From: Chrysomallon squamiferum
Taxonomy: Eukaryota > Animalia > Mollusca
Direction of reading: 5' to 3'
Length of the DNA stretch: 64,000 nucleotides
NCBI GenBank assembly: GCA_012295275.1
Contig: CM022667.1
Location: forward strand, 17,546,001-17,610,000
Of this stretch, positions 38,651 to 58,000 are shown piece after piece. Numbering within the stretch: the stretch's first letter is position 1; each line of letters begins with the position of its first letter. Below the pieces are notes generated by a model. It worked only from the letters and a program-made list of their open reading frames with translations. It ran no database searches and was not told the origin of the DNA. Position numbers and translations under genes: made by a program.

Positions 38651-40244
38651 GAATGCGGTCAAATAGAATACCGTCATAGACTGTGAAATAAAATTCATCC
38701 TTAATAATAACGATGATATTCAGTGTTATAATTTGTGTTGTTATTACGGTCATTATCTTGAAATTCTGTCTGAACGTAATTTTTATACATTACATCAAGA
38801 CCATTATTTCTGTTTCGTTCGAGCTTTAAAAATAAAACAACACAAACATTAAATAATAATTTCCACGATTTATTAATAAAAGATTCACAAATAACATGAA
38901 ATTAAAAATCGGTATTGTAACTATTGTTTAGTTATCAGTCTAAAATATTATATGTGTATATCAATTACTAATAAACACAGTGAATAAAAGTAAAATTAAA
39001 TTTGTCACACAATCCCTTTTTTCATATGGGTGGGATGATTTTAATAATTAGAATTCATAAAACTATTTAACAGTAATAGATTTTGAAAGATATTAATTTT
39101 ATTTTGCATAGAATTGTTGCAGGGAACCCAAAATAGAAAGGGATAAAATTAGATTTATGTCTTCTGTGGTTTCATTATGTAGTAGATTTAGCATCACTCC
39201 ATTAGTTTGAATGTTTCAGGGTTGATGAGCTGGTGTCGGGAACTAAGCCATCAAATCCAGAGCCAATATAGTCTAAATCAAAGGCTTAACACTGATGTTT
39301 TGTCTTTGTTTTTTACATTCTTTAGTGTGGAATAAAATCACAATTAAGAATGTTGGAAATGCAAATAACCAGAATCAATTTTTAAAGGTCTTTGTCATAC
39401 ATTATTATTATTATTAATTTATTTTTTTTATTTCTTCATATCATGTAATATAAATGTAAAAAATATTATATGTAAAAATTCTGATGTATACTGAAAATAG
39501 GAAACTAACAGTGTTTCATTTGTCTAAATTAAATAATAATAATTATTTTTCTTATTTTGTATATTAAATTGAAATTGTTTTAAAATCACAATATTGTAGA
39601 ACATAAAAAAATTCTACAATCAAAACATGAATTAAAAACATCATTCAGTCAACAATGTACAAATATCTCATTCAGCAAAGGAAATGAATATTTACACATT
39701 AAAACAAGGAGATAAATTACATGTTATATATTCACTTTTTGTAAATAATCATATTTTATTTTACACTACATTATCTCTGCATTCTAATTTCTTTAGGCAC
39801 AGCCAGATTAAGAGTGAGTATTCCTAATCTAGGCAAACTCGTTGGTTTATGTAAACAAATTAACATTTCTCACATCTTACAAAAACATTGTACCATTTTA
39901 CTAAAATTTGTGTTTTCTTGACAAAAACATCCATCTACCTACATTAGTAGATGAAGATGATTTTCTTCCAGGTTTGCGTGTCTGAATCTTAACTATTTAG
40001 AGTTTTCCAGGTAAAAGGTATAAAAATTTTGATTTTGAGTGTGCATGTATAAATGTATCTATAAAAAAAATACATGTACTCTCCCCAGTCAATGTGTTCA
40101 TGGTGGCAAAACATGTAGTATTAATAGGTGGCAGTGATTTTTTATTGTAGCATGTTCACAGTTGTGGTTGCTGGTGTTTACTGTTGCTGCTGGTGACAAT
40201 CTACTTTGACTGTTTGTTAATTTTATATATATCTAATTTTAATG

Positions 40245-44784
<4,540 letters not shown>

Positions 44785-44950
44785 TCCTAATAAACCATTT
44801 GTTGTCGCCATTACGCAGTTAAGGTATTATAACTCTGTTCGAGTCCTTGCGAGGACGACGGAGTTAGAACTTAGTTCCGGACATGAATTACATCTAAGAA
44901 ATGTTCCTTATCGTGACGTTACAGTTTAGATAACCACAAAATCGGAAGGT
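44785..44950. promoter_or_regulatory. Putative shared (divergent) promoter region of MDP1 and SDR39U1
   Basis: CpG-rich patch with TTCCGG, TGACGT and CGGAAG motifs between head-to-head genes. The SDR39U1 ATG is preceded by a splice acceptor at 46022, so its first exon lies upstream. Confidence 0.4.
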
Positions 44951-45441
44951 TTTTTTTTTTAGGAATCAGTTAGCCAAAACGATTTAGAAAATTTAGAGAG
45001 AGAAAAAATGCCATAAATTAAATTAAGAATAATAAATGAATATTACCAGTCTCTTACAGTCGTGAAGCAATCTGTGTTCCGTAGAATATTTAATATTTTT
45101 GTTTAATAATTAAATAATAAACGTATATAAGGAACTTTATTTTATTATCTTTAAAACAAGTAATAAAACAAAAATAAAACTGTTTAATGCAACAATATGG
45201 CCAAATGTCGAAGCTTATAAGCAAAATCCACTACATTTAATTTTAATTATAATTAATTGATATTTAATTAATAAAATGAATTTTTATTGATACAGCGCAC
45301 CCACTATATTAATAAGTAGCCTAACGGTTACAACAATTAAGGATTGCGCAGATGTTAAAAGTGTTTTAATAAGTATACAAAAGCTGATATTTTTCTTTAC
45401 TAGATTTTAAATCATCACCATCATTATGTCGTAGTTGTTGC

Positions 45442-45491
<50 letters not shown>

Positions 45492-46029
45492 GCTTAATTA
45501 TAGAATGAAACAGCGTTTTTTAAACAGATTTTTAAATATAATTTATTTATTTATTTATACGTTTGTGTTATATGGCTTTTATTTATTTATTTTGTCAAAT
45601 TTATATTTCTTTAATGTTATCCTAAAAAGAATAAATAGTTTTAAAATCCATGTTTTGAATATTAGTATTAATATAATTCATATAAACGAAAGGAAGTGTC
45701 CATACATACACATACAGAAACATTTTTAAATGGGAAGAAAGAAACGAAATTAATGACGATTGCATCACTGCATTTTGACATTCCATCAGCTAAATATCTG
45801 TTAATAAAAGAAGAAAATAATAACATTCATAATAGTTTCGAATTTGATTCTATTATTTACTTATTTTATTTTTAAATCTTGAATCGTTTTTCGTTTATTT
45901 CTAACTATTCATAAGACCAAAGCATTCGATAACTTATTAATGTTTGTCATTACAGGTGAATGTAGAACATTTGTTTTTTAATTCGAGATAATTTGTTTTC
46001 TCACATTTCTTTTTTTTTCTAGTGAAGAT

Positions 46030-48850
46030 ATGAGCGTTGTCATAGGTAAGTTGATATAAATAATTTTCAGAAAGAGCAAATTTTGCTCCATGCTGATGCA
46101 ATATATTTATTATGCCAAAACTAATAAAATATAAGGGTCCAACTGGGCGGTATCCAAGGACTAAACAACGTAGGTTAGGAACGGACGTAATTTTCTTGAT
46201 GTCACGTTGATTTTACCTGTTAATTCTCTGTTATTATTAATAATATCACTACAGTAAAATCCGACACAATTTGCAACTATATTTATTATTATTTAAACAT
46301 CTTTGGCTTGTAAAACGTATTTATTAAATGTTAATTTTAAAGTAATAATAATATGTGTATGTATGTATGTAGGTATGTACTACTGTGTGTGTGTGTGTGT
46401 GTGTGTGTTTGTTTTGAATATGAGAAATACACATGTTAAAATATTAAAATAATAAAATATAATTGCAGGAGGAGGTTCAGGTTTTATTGGTCGACATCTT
46501 AGACGTCTGCTATTGAAAAATGGTTACAAGGTCACCTCAGTGTCAAGAGAGGCAGGACCCAATAAAATAACTTGGGTATTTAGAACACAACTATTTCTGA
46601 AAACTATGAACAAGAATTTCATATTAAATATTACTTGAATCAGTTTAAAATAAAAACAAGTATTTAACAATAGCCTAATCACAAATTCTGTTTTTTCACT
46701 GATCATCAACCTTTTCTAAGGATAAATAATCAGTATTTTTACGTCTTCCTGTTACAACATTTTGTCCATAACAATTTTAACATTAAAAATAACTCTTCTA
46801 AGACTGAGTAAATCATTAGAAAAAGTTCTTTATCCTCAATCTATAATGGATTGTTGTATTATACTGCATGCATCGTTGTCATCATCATCACAGCTGTTTT
46901 ACATTTATTTTAATCATAATTACTCTGTTGTCTTCAGAATGATGTAAAGGAAAATGGCCTTCCCGATGGCTGTACTGCAGTTGTTAGTTTGGCAGGAGAA
47001 AATATTCTTAACCCGAAGAAAAAGTAAGATAAATTCAACTAAACCCATACCCATACCTATATCCCACATGCACTCATTCCCCCCACATACATCATCCATA
47101 CCCACATAAACATAAATGTATATGTGCTTAAAATAAAATTAGAGATCTGTGTAAATCATGGTGTATAAATTATATGTTTTTATTTATCTATATGTCTCCT
47201 ATAATTTTGCCATTAAATGATCTTGGATGATTTAACAATAGCAAATTATGACAATAAATTACGTTAATATTATATATGAAAACTTCTTTTGATAGATGGA
47301 ATGATGAGTTTAAGGAAACTGTCAGAAAAAGTCGAATTGACACAACCAAGATGCTGGCATCTGCCATTGTTAACTTGAATAAACCTCCAAAAGTGTTTAT
47401 TTCCATGTCTGGTGTTTGTAAGTTATTATTTTTTAATTACAAGAATAAATAACAAATAAAATTACTCTTAGTTACATTTTTACAAGAAATCTGAATAATT
47501 TGTCTTTCAGAATAAAAGTTATAGATTAGAACAATTTTTAAAACACAATACTTTTTTTTTTCACTTTTATTATTCATTATTTATGTTGATTATTATTCCA
47601 ATAGTAGATTCAACAACAAGTTGAAATCTATGACAAAAGAAAGCTAAAATATTTACAGATAGAGAGAATAAAATTGAATGGTGGTTCAAATTTAATTGAA
47701 GAATAAAAAACTCGGACTGAAAAGTAAATTACTCATAAACCCAAAAAGCTTTAAAAAACCCCAACATATATATAATGTACTATAGAGACTTAGAATTTTT
47801 TTTATTATTAAAACGAAAAGAGAGAAACATAATATAAAATTTTATTTAAAAAATAATAATAATAATGTAATAAGTCTACTAAAAACATATTTAGGTTAAA
47901 AAGAAAAAAAGTTATAATAATAATAATAATAATAAGAATAAAAACATATTTAGAAAATGATAATAAGGTAATAAGTCTTCTGCAAGAACCTTACAAAAAA
48001 AAAAATTAAAAAATAATACATTATATATATTATATTATTTTTTTTTTTATATTATATATAAAATCAATATATATATATATATATTATTGTATTGTGTTTA
48101 GCATACTATAAGCCCAGCCCCACAGAAGAGTATACAGAAGAGAGTCCAGGAGGAAATTATGATTTTCTGTCGACACTGACAGTTGACTGGGAAAATGCTG
48201 CCAAGCTTCCAGAATCTTCTGATGTTCGACAAGTTGTTGTAAGATCAGGTATGTAAATTAAATATAAATGAGAAATACTATTTTTATTTATTTAGCTTTT
48301 TTTGTTATTTATTTTCTTTTTTAAATAAGTGATTTTATAAGTGTCCTGATTATTTTTTTTTTAATTTTACAAAATGATTATAAATAAATATTAATTGATT
48401 TATTTATTTTCTTTAGGTGTGGTTTTGGGACGAGATGGGGGAATGATAAAACAGATCTATTTGCCTTTCTTTCTGGGTCTAGGTGGGAAAATTGGTTCAG
48501 GTTCACAATGGTTTCCATGGATACATGTCTCTGACATCAGCAGAATCTTTGTCCATGCCATAATGCATGATAATGTCACTGGCATTCTTAATGGTGTTGC
48601 TCCACAACCAGCCACCAACCTGGATTTCACAAAAGCATTTGGTAATGCTGTCTGGCGACCTACATTATTTCCTGTTCCAGGATTTGTGATGAGCTACATG
48701 CTTGGGGAAGAGAGAGCCAAGGTCATACTAGAGGGGCAGAAGGTCACACCGAAAAGGACCCTAGAATCAGGCTACAAATACTTGCATCCAAATCTGACAC
48801 AAGCCTGCCAGGCATGCAGCCATCTTGTTTATGGTGATCATCTCAGATAG
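46030..48850 (+). CDS. SDR39U1: Epimerase family protein SDR39U1 (TIGR01777-like atypical SDR)
   Basis: Exons 46030..46045, 46469..46575, 46938..47023, 47296..47417, 48102..48248, 48417..48850. GGGSGFIG Rossmann motif, LAGENILNP..WN, SRIDTT, YTEESPGG.YDFLS..WE, RSGVVLGRDGG..F.LGLGGKIGSGSQWFPWIH, LNGVAP, LEGQKVTPKRTLESGY. Confidence 0.96.
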
Positions 48851-51800
48851 AGGATTTAAAATTATACAACTTATTTTTGTCATTTCTTTCAATGGCTAAA
48901 TGGTATATATATTATATCATGAGTTTCAAACATTTCTAGAAAAATGTTTAGTTTTATGTGATATTTATAAACACAAATAATACAGTCAGGTACACAACAT
49001 GCATGTACACACACACACACACAGACACAAACACACATCAATTTTCAATAACTTATTATTCCTCCTTAAGCAGTTTACCAAATGATAACTACTAAACATG
49101 ATTTACTACTTTTTATCACTAAACCAGAAATCTAACAGTGTTAATATATAATCAAAGTGGAAATGAAATCCAGATTATTAAAGATTGTTTATGTTGGTTA
49201 AAGCTATAGCTTAGAGCAGTGTTGTGTTGAAATAAGTTTTAGTGAAATGTAGTTTTATTTGTTTATTTTTACTGACAATTTGCAGCTGTAATTATGAAGG
49301 AATTTTTATTTCTCATTTATATTCTTTATGTTGACTGAAATTTGTATTTTAAAACGAAGCTCAAATGTATAGCAATTATTTATTGTTTTTACTTTTAGTG
49401 AAAATATGCACTAGTAATCAGGAGTAAATTTTTATTTCTTCTTCACAAATTTGTATTATTAAAAGCAAAACGAGAGAAAAATGGCAGCAACCAAAATATT
49501 GTTTATAGTATTTTTAATTTAAATTGTTTATATATATACATTTATTTTTGTTTCAAATAAAATAGTTCTAGATAAACATTATGTACAAAGTGAATTAATG
49601 TTTATTAATTTAATTTATAAATTATTAATTGTAACAAAGTTATGTGAAAAACCTGTATCAATAACTTGGCCTTTGACAAAAGTTTGTAAAACTTTGGTTA
49701 GACTGGGAAAAATAGCTGTGTATTCTAAGAGAAACATTCTAATAGTAGTCATTCTCAGTATAAAAATATGATGAAAAAAAAATGGGACAAAGTAACCTTT
49801 GTATTAATGAAAAAAGCATTATTTGTATATTTTGATACGTAACTGTTTTCTTACTGCTCTTAATCTACCTAACAATTGTATTAGTCTATATGTAAATATA
49901 TATATATATATGTGTATGTGTGTCTGTATCTGTGTCTACACAAACACATAAAGATGTTCAGTGATTTTTATTGACTAACAAAATGGCTTTAATTGTTAAT
50001 AAAATAAATTTAAAACAATTGATAAGCTTTTTATTTTTCATCTTCAGTTAAGATGTGAGTTTAAACAATTATGTATATAAACAAATACAGATCACTAAAA
50101 TAATTAATATAGATAATTCAAGTACAAAATATAAATGAAAAAAAAAAATGAATTGCCATCATTTATGAGGGATGACCCATTTTACTATCATTAACAAATA
50201 CTGGAAATGAACAGAACAATGATTGTTTACTCAAAATATCTTTAAGTTACTTTATCCCATCACCTTGGCACTTTTAGAGAAACCAAATCAAAATAATCAG
50301 TAATTATTTTTTTTTTTATATATTTTTTTTTAAAATCAATTTTGTAATCATCATTTTATATGTGTGGGTTACAAAAAATCCTTTATAAATCTTAGGTAGA
50401 CTGAATAACAATGACTAAATGAGAAGTATCCATAAAACAAAAAGCACTGACAAAATTAACAGGCAAGGGTCAAATGCTTTTTTAAAAACAGACTTCTCCA
50501 ATTTTTGTGCGATATTGGAATGTATGTTAAAACTAAGTCATGGGAATGTGGCAACAGTTTTTGACTTGTTAGGTCACATCAGATCAAATTTAAAAAAAAA
50601 AAAAAAAAAAAGTGCTACCAAAACATGCTACTCAGTGGTGATCATTCAGTTTGCAGTGTTAACAATGTTTTAATATCAACGATTATTACTCATTGCAATT
50701 TTATAAGTCATGAAAAATATAAAAAAATAAATAAATTGGTCAGTTATACTTGCATATATGGAGTACAAACTGAAACTGGATATAATCAGATGTACTTACA
50801 TGGTAAAAATGCCCGTCTTGTCAGTTGCAAAAAATATACATAGCGTGTATATGTTTGTGTGCATACAATGCTACCAACTCATGGATTTGTCAAGTTTTAT
50901 ATTCACTTCAGAACAGCACATGACAAGCTATAACTCATGTGGGGTAGTTGTTGGAAAGGGTAAAACTTGATGTGCTTGTTTAGATGCTACTGAAACTTGA
51001 ATTATGGAGAGCAATTATTTTCTGATAAAATGTGGGAGAAAATTCTGCATGCTATGAAAATATTAAGTTTATTGCTACCTTTACTATCAGAGACAAAAAT
51101 AATACTTCTTAAATAATAATAATAAGAAGAAGAAATAAAGAAATAAAATAAAACTAAACCTACAATTTTTAACTGGTTAATTTTGAGAAATTTATACCTC
51201 CCATAAATTTTCTTCTTTAAAAATAACACAATCCAAGTCAATTTCAATTTGGACATGTTTTTATTAGACAGGCTTTGCCTATCTCCGACATTATAACCAC
51301 AGATAATTGTTTAGCAACAAACAATCACAATACACAGAAAGGAAAAAGAAAAAACCCAGCACAGCCCAGTTTTCTGGACGGTACCAGAGTGACAAATAGC
51401 TTTTATTTATTATTATTTTCACTCTTATCAGAGATTAAATATACACAAACAGTAGTATATACAAGCACGAATCACAGCATTAACTGTCAACTGGGTGCGT
51501 GCATGTGTGTGTGCTTGTGTTTATATATATATATATATACACACACACACATACATAGACATTTAATAAACAACTTACAAAACTTTCTTATGTAATTATT
51601 TCATTTTAAATGTTTTAAAGTTATTATTATTTTTTTTTAATTTTATTTATTAATTAAGGATTTACCATGTTAAATATTTTTGTAACAAATTTTAAACAAG
51701 TGGCAAAGACTTGAAGTCAAAATTATACACTATAGTATAACATTTAACTTAGCAGGCCTTTAGAAGAAAAAAAGTATAAATACTAAATAAATATTAATAA

Positions 51801-54113
51801 TAATACTCAAGGAAGAAAAAAGAAAAGGTAGAAGAAAAGTAAAACCAGAAGACATACAGCATATTAGAAATATAGGGGAAGGGCAGGCAAACCAGTTAAA
51901 TAAATATTAAATAAATTAAGAACAAAACAAATGAGTTTAAATTTTTTTTTTTTTTTTTTTAAATAAAAGAAATATTTGACCTGAAATCACTATTATCTAT
52001 TTTTAAAAAACCCATAGGAATGGAATATTTTACGATTTGAAAACAAAAATAGGTCCAGCCTTTTTTTTATATAAAAACAAGAAGAAAGGTGGAACAAAAA
52101 ACTTAATTAAAGTGAAAGAAAGAAGAAGAAAAAAAACTGGTCTTTATTACCTATTAATTTATTAATGCAAAAAAATAAAAAAAAAAAAAAAAAAAAAAAT
52201 AAATAAAAAAATAAAAAAATGTTGCTAATAAGCAGTATAGTAATTTATTAATAATGCCTAATGATATCATGATTATAAAAGGTGGGTTGTGGGTATTCTT
52301 GAAAGTGAACAATGCATGGGTGGAGTGCAGTAAGCTGAAGGATGACAATGATCAAGCTGTCAAAAAAAAAATGAACTAATATAATAAACTGGTATTTTAT
52401 TTTTAATACTCTCAAACATGAAGAAATGAATTAAGTAAAATAAAATATATGTAATAAAAACAAACACCAGAAAATCTAATAAGAGATTTTCTGATGTTCA
52501 AATATGTGTATAAAGTCAAATAACAGGTTTCTTAAAGTCTGAATATAAAGTTTTAAGTGGTTTACTTCAAGAATGACATTTAATTTGTAGATGTACACAT
52601 ATGCACAACAATTTAAAAATCAAGATTTTTGTTTTTAAACAAATTATACAACATAAAATGTACTAAGCACAAAATAGTGTGAATATTTTTTGTTTGATTA
52701 ATCCATGTATACAACATAAACAATGTTATAAAAAGACTTTTTTTTTTGCTTATGAAAAGTCAACAAAACAATTACAAAAACAAACCAATATTAAACTCCC
52801 CATTTACTTAACATTTAATATTATCTCATAACAGATTAAATTTCTTTTATGTTTGATCCAACTTGCCACACTTTATATATATATATATATATATATATAA
52901 AACTAATATGTAGTGTTTCTGGTATAGGCTTAGTGGGCCAATTCTGACTTGTTAAATTATTGAGGAAAAATCGATTAACGTAAAAAATATACAAAATAAA
53001 TTAAAATTAAGAATGAAAAAAAAATAATAATAATAATTTCTGAACTAATTAATGTTTAAAATGTTCTACAGTTCTAAAGATAAAAATAACATATCATGAT
53101 ACTTGGTTAGCTCATATTAACTTTTACTACAAGTATCAGAAGTCTGTTTTGGCTACATTGAAGAAAAACATGAGAACACAGCTTAAAAGAATTAAGTATG
53201 AAGTAGATAGCAATATCTGTTACAAATTACATTAATTAAAAAGGAACAACCAACCACTACCTATGTTGTCAAAAAAACTTTCAGATAAAAAAAAAATATG
53301 TATATATATATTATTAAAATTTAATATTAACTTGTTTTTTAACCATTTTTTATATATATATATATATATAACTAAAAGAAAATGTAAAAAAATAGAAAAA
53401 CAAAAATATAAATAAAGAAAAATAAAATGTTAAGATGAAAAAGAGAAATAATAAAGTAAAAACGGTTTCAGATTGAGAGCAAAGCAAAAGAAGTAACAAT
53501 AACTAAATATTGTTTACAAAAAATCTCAGATATGTAGATTAGGCAATAAACTAATACTAAACACAACACAACCCTTCATACAGATACATATACAACTATA
53601 TTTATATATACACACATGTAGACATCCAGATGTATTTACAAAAGACAACTATACAAAAACTAAAAAGGGAGAAAATTATTAATAATACAAAAGTAGTCTC
53701 AATGGAAAAACAAAAAATACACAAGAATGAAAATGCAACAAATTCAACAATATATTTTTGCCTTTCCTCCAAAATAAATTATGTATACAACCATTCATAT
53801 CAGCAGGCACATAATGTGGCCCAATTTTATTAGTCGTGTTCATGCAGTCCTCTCAGGGGTTTTCTTAAATACAAATATATCCTACAATCACTATTAAATT
53901 ACATTAAAATTTTCTTCACATCTTCAGAATATATATATTTCTCATTTTCTCTTGGTCTAGATATATATTGCAACTTGTTTTTACATCGGCATTAACAAAT
54001 ACTGTCTTGAAATAATATATGTGAAAAATATAAAACAAAGTAAATTATGTATCAGTAATACACAAAATAAAAAAAAAAGGTAAAGAAACAACAGAAAAAT
54101 AAGATGGACACAG

Positions 54114-54148
<35 letters not shown>

Positions 54149-55016
54149 GGAAATAAATAAATAAGAAGGAAATAAATAAATAAAATGAAAGCAAAATGAA
54201 TGAGAAGGAAAAAATAAAAGGATGTTAAGGCTATGGATATTATACATTCTATTTAAATTTCTTCAGATGTTTATCACTCATTTTATTATAAAGTTATAAT
54301 TTTATATAAACATATTCTAAGTACACGTTAATGCATGATTAATTACAATAATATTTATCTGCTTAGAGATTCTAATTTATAAATGAATAAAATAAAAGGT
54401 TATTGTCAATTCACTTGAAACACATTTCACCAAAATTAACTTTGTATCATCAAAGCAAACACCAAATTACACAATACACAGTAATAACTAAAAACAGAAA
54501 CTGCTGAATTAAGTTTATTTTTGTTTCTGCATAAACTCAGTCTTTTTAAAAACATTTCACCAAAATTTAAATTTTTAGAAGCAGACATTATTATTATTTT
54601 TATTATACATTAATGATGACTTTGAATAGTACTGCTAAGCTGTTTAAGAATGCCACTACATATAGCGAGGCAATGAGTTCCTTGGCAAATTGAAATGAAT
54701 ATTTCTTTCTCATCACAGAATAGTAATTTATAGCAAATAAAATAAAATTCTGTTTCAAAGTAGTATTCTTTTTCACCTGACTTTCCATAACAATTCATTC
54801 TACATTTCAAAACTATTTTCACTTCTCATCCACAATGGTAACAAACTTTTGTTATTCAATTACAAAACCTAACTTTTGCCACTTCATTTTTTCAGAATTA
54901 CAATAACTTTTCCATTTTACATATCTGCAGAACAGCTGTGTTAATCCAGAGCCAAGAAACAGTGTTTGGTAAAGAAAGTTTTGAACATGGAAATTCTAGA
55001 AAAAAAACATTCAGTG

Positions 55017-58000
55017 CTATTGCCACAGTCCCTGAGGAAAATTGTTGACTTCTCCTACTTCTGTGATTGAGTTTCCACTTTGTGTGTAGGTCATCCGCAG
55101 TCGCATTCTGATGGCTTGCTGGGAAAAACAAAACAAAAAACAAAACATAATAATAATAATAATAAATAAAATAAATAGGTAAATAAATAAATGTGTAGGA
55201 AAATTATTATGAAAGTAAAAATACTGATGACAATTAGGTTAGTTAGATTTTAGTCTTCTTTTTCATCATTGTTATATTTTTATTGAATTTTTATTTTTTA
55301 TTTAACACAAAGAAAACCTAAAGAAGGTTACAAGTCGTTTATGAAATAAAATAAAAATTAAAAACTTAATATGAATTTATATTCTATTTTCAAAACTAAA
55401 AATAAATAACAAATAAACTCTGAAAAAAAATCTTTCATCTGAAATCTGTTTAACAATATCATTTGTTAACCATTTTTCTCTATCCTCAACATAATCCAAA
55501 TAAATTTAAATGAATTAAATCTTACCTTCATTGGATTGGAAATTTTGATAACTTGTTCTACAGACCCACTATTCATCGGAGGAATGACATTACCCGTTGG
55601 AGATTGCAGCTGAAGTTGGAATGACTAGTAACAGAATAAAGAAAACATTTAGTAAAAAATGTTAAGAATAAATAATTAAAAAATTAAAATAAGAGAATCC
55701 TATTCTTAGCAACCTGTTCTATTCATTACTACATTTCACTTGTGAAATATTAAAATAAAATTACTACCTTTTCCCCATTAATGTTGTTATCCATTAAAAA
55801 AGGAGAAAAGATAGATAGCTACAAATGTGTTTGTGTACATATGTAATATTCTGAGAATACCCAACCAAAGTTGCCAGACCTAATTATGTGCTGTAGTCAA
55901 GAACCAAAGATGACACTTTATCTTCTGGATTAAGCAAGGATTATTGGCAAAGCAACTAACTTCATTACCAGCCTTCCAAATTTCTTTATTAATATTTATG
56001 CAATCAAGGAGGCTTATGTTTGCTTACAATCTGGTAACTCGGCTAGGTAGACAAAAAATTATAGCATTACAATATAACTAAATAAAAATAAAACAAATCA
56101 ATAAATTATAGATAATAATAATAAAGAAATATAAAAAAACAAACCTTTGGAACGGCAGCTTGAAAAACAAAATCAGAAATAGGCAAAGTTGTGGAATTTG
56201 TTGCTTTCATGTTGATTATTGTGGCATCAAGTCTACCCTCGTCTCTCTCACAAGTGAACATTAGTAACAAACCATTCTTATTAAATGCTTCTATTGGTGC
56301 AAATGCTTAATCCAAAATATAATAATAACAATAACAACAACATATAATAATGATAATGTGTAAAATAAAAAATTATTGAAATGTGAAAGGAATTTTTTTT
56401 AATGAAATGAATCAAATTATCTTCACTATTAATGAATTTACAAAATGTTCTGTAAGTGAAGTATGCTATAAAAACAAAATAACTCTTTCCTAAACTACTA
56501 AGGATTGAGTAGTCATAAATACTCTTGATAAATTAACTGTATCAGCATTACAGTTAAAATTCACAATAATGTTCCTAATATAAAAGGTTAATGTTTTTTT
56601 AAAATGTACCAGACACTCTGAAATATGATTATACTTTAATAGATCTCCAGCAGACAAAAAGAACAAACACTGGTGACAAACCTTTAGACACTCCATTCAT
56701 TTGATTACTAACATCTCCAGAAGACTGAAGAAAACCATCTATAAGGTTGTTTGGTGCAAGTGGAACTTAAAAAAAAAAAAAAAATTAAATTAAATTAAAA
56801 TATATATATAAAAAAAGAAAGAAATTTACAAACATTTCTGTAAATCTAAATTTACATTACTCCTTAACAGTTTAAATCGTGAGTTTTTTTGTCTTTTCAA
56901 AATAAGAAAGGAATACATGTTTCTAGTCTGTTCTTGCCAATTACCATTAAGTAATCAAAAAGGTATATAATCACAAACAAATAGGTAAAAGAACATAACT
57001 GATTTAACACAATCAACCCAACAGAAACAGAAATATCACCAAAAATATTTAATTTTAGACTCCTTTAACAGACAAAGATAGAGAAACATTTCATTTATTT
57101 ACAAACCACATTTAACAAGTCTGAAAGGTAAAGAGAATAACCATTTTCAATTTTGCCCTCAAAATATTATAATAATAAAAAATATTTTTCTCAGAACATC
57201 TATTAAGTTTATCTAAAACCAGTAACAGGATTCTGAGATCATAATGCAGTATTTTATTTCAGTGTCTAATGACTGCTTTATTTTACAACTTTGTGCAGAC
57301 TAGTGTAAACATATTACCAGTGTTGTTTATTATTGGAACTGGGTCCAGATCTCCAAGTAAGTCTAGCAGATCTGCTGCACCACCTGTCTTCTTCTCTGGA
57401 ATATTGTTCACTGGACTAGATGGACCATTGCCCAAAATATCTAAAATGTTGGCACTCTGAAAATACCCAAAGAGCAGAAACAGATAATTTACGGACAACT
57501 GATTATCAGCAATTTTCCACTCTTTCTTTTCTAAAGAAAGTCAGTCGTAGGTTTTAAGCAAAGAAATTAAAGAAGAAAAAATGTGGATTTTTTCTGAGAC
57601 TTACTTCTGTTTGCTGTGGAAGAGCATTAACTTCAGGTTCTGTGTTACTTCCAATCAAGAGATCTTCATCAGGAACTTCTCCATTCTCCATCACATTCCT
57701 ACACTTGCTGTGATCCAACAGAGGCATGTGTTCCAGTAGAGCTGATCTGAAACATATAGAAGTATTATCTACATTACATAACTAGAAATAATTTTAAAAT
57801 AAAACCTTTTAAAATAAACAAAACATAAAATATTATGAAGCAAAACAGAGAGAAAAAAAGAAGAATAATACCTTCTTTTTTTTCGACTCCTTAAAATTTT
57901 AATACTACAAAGCTGCTTTATACAGTCATATCTACAAAGTAAAATGTGTCATTTTTTTTTTTCAAAACTGTTTAAATTTCTGTAATAAATTTAAACAAAT

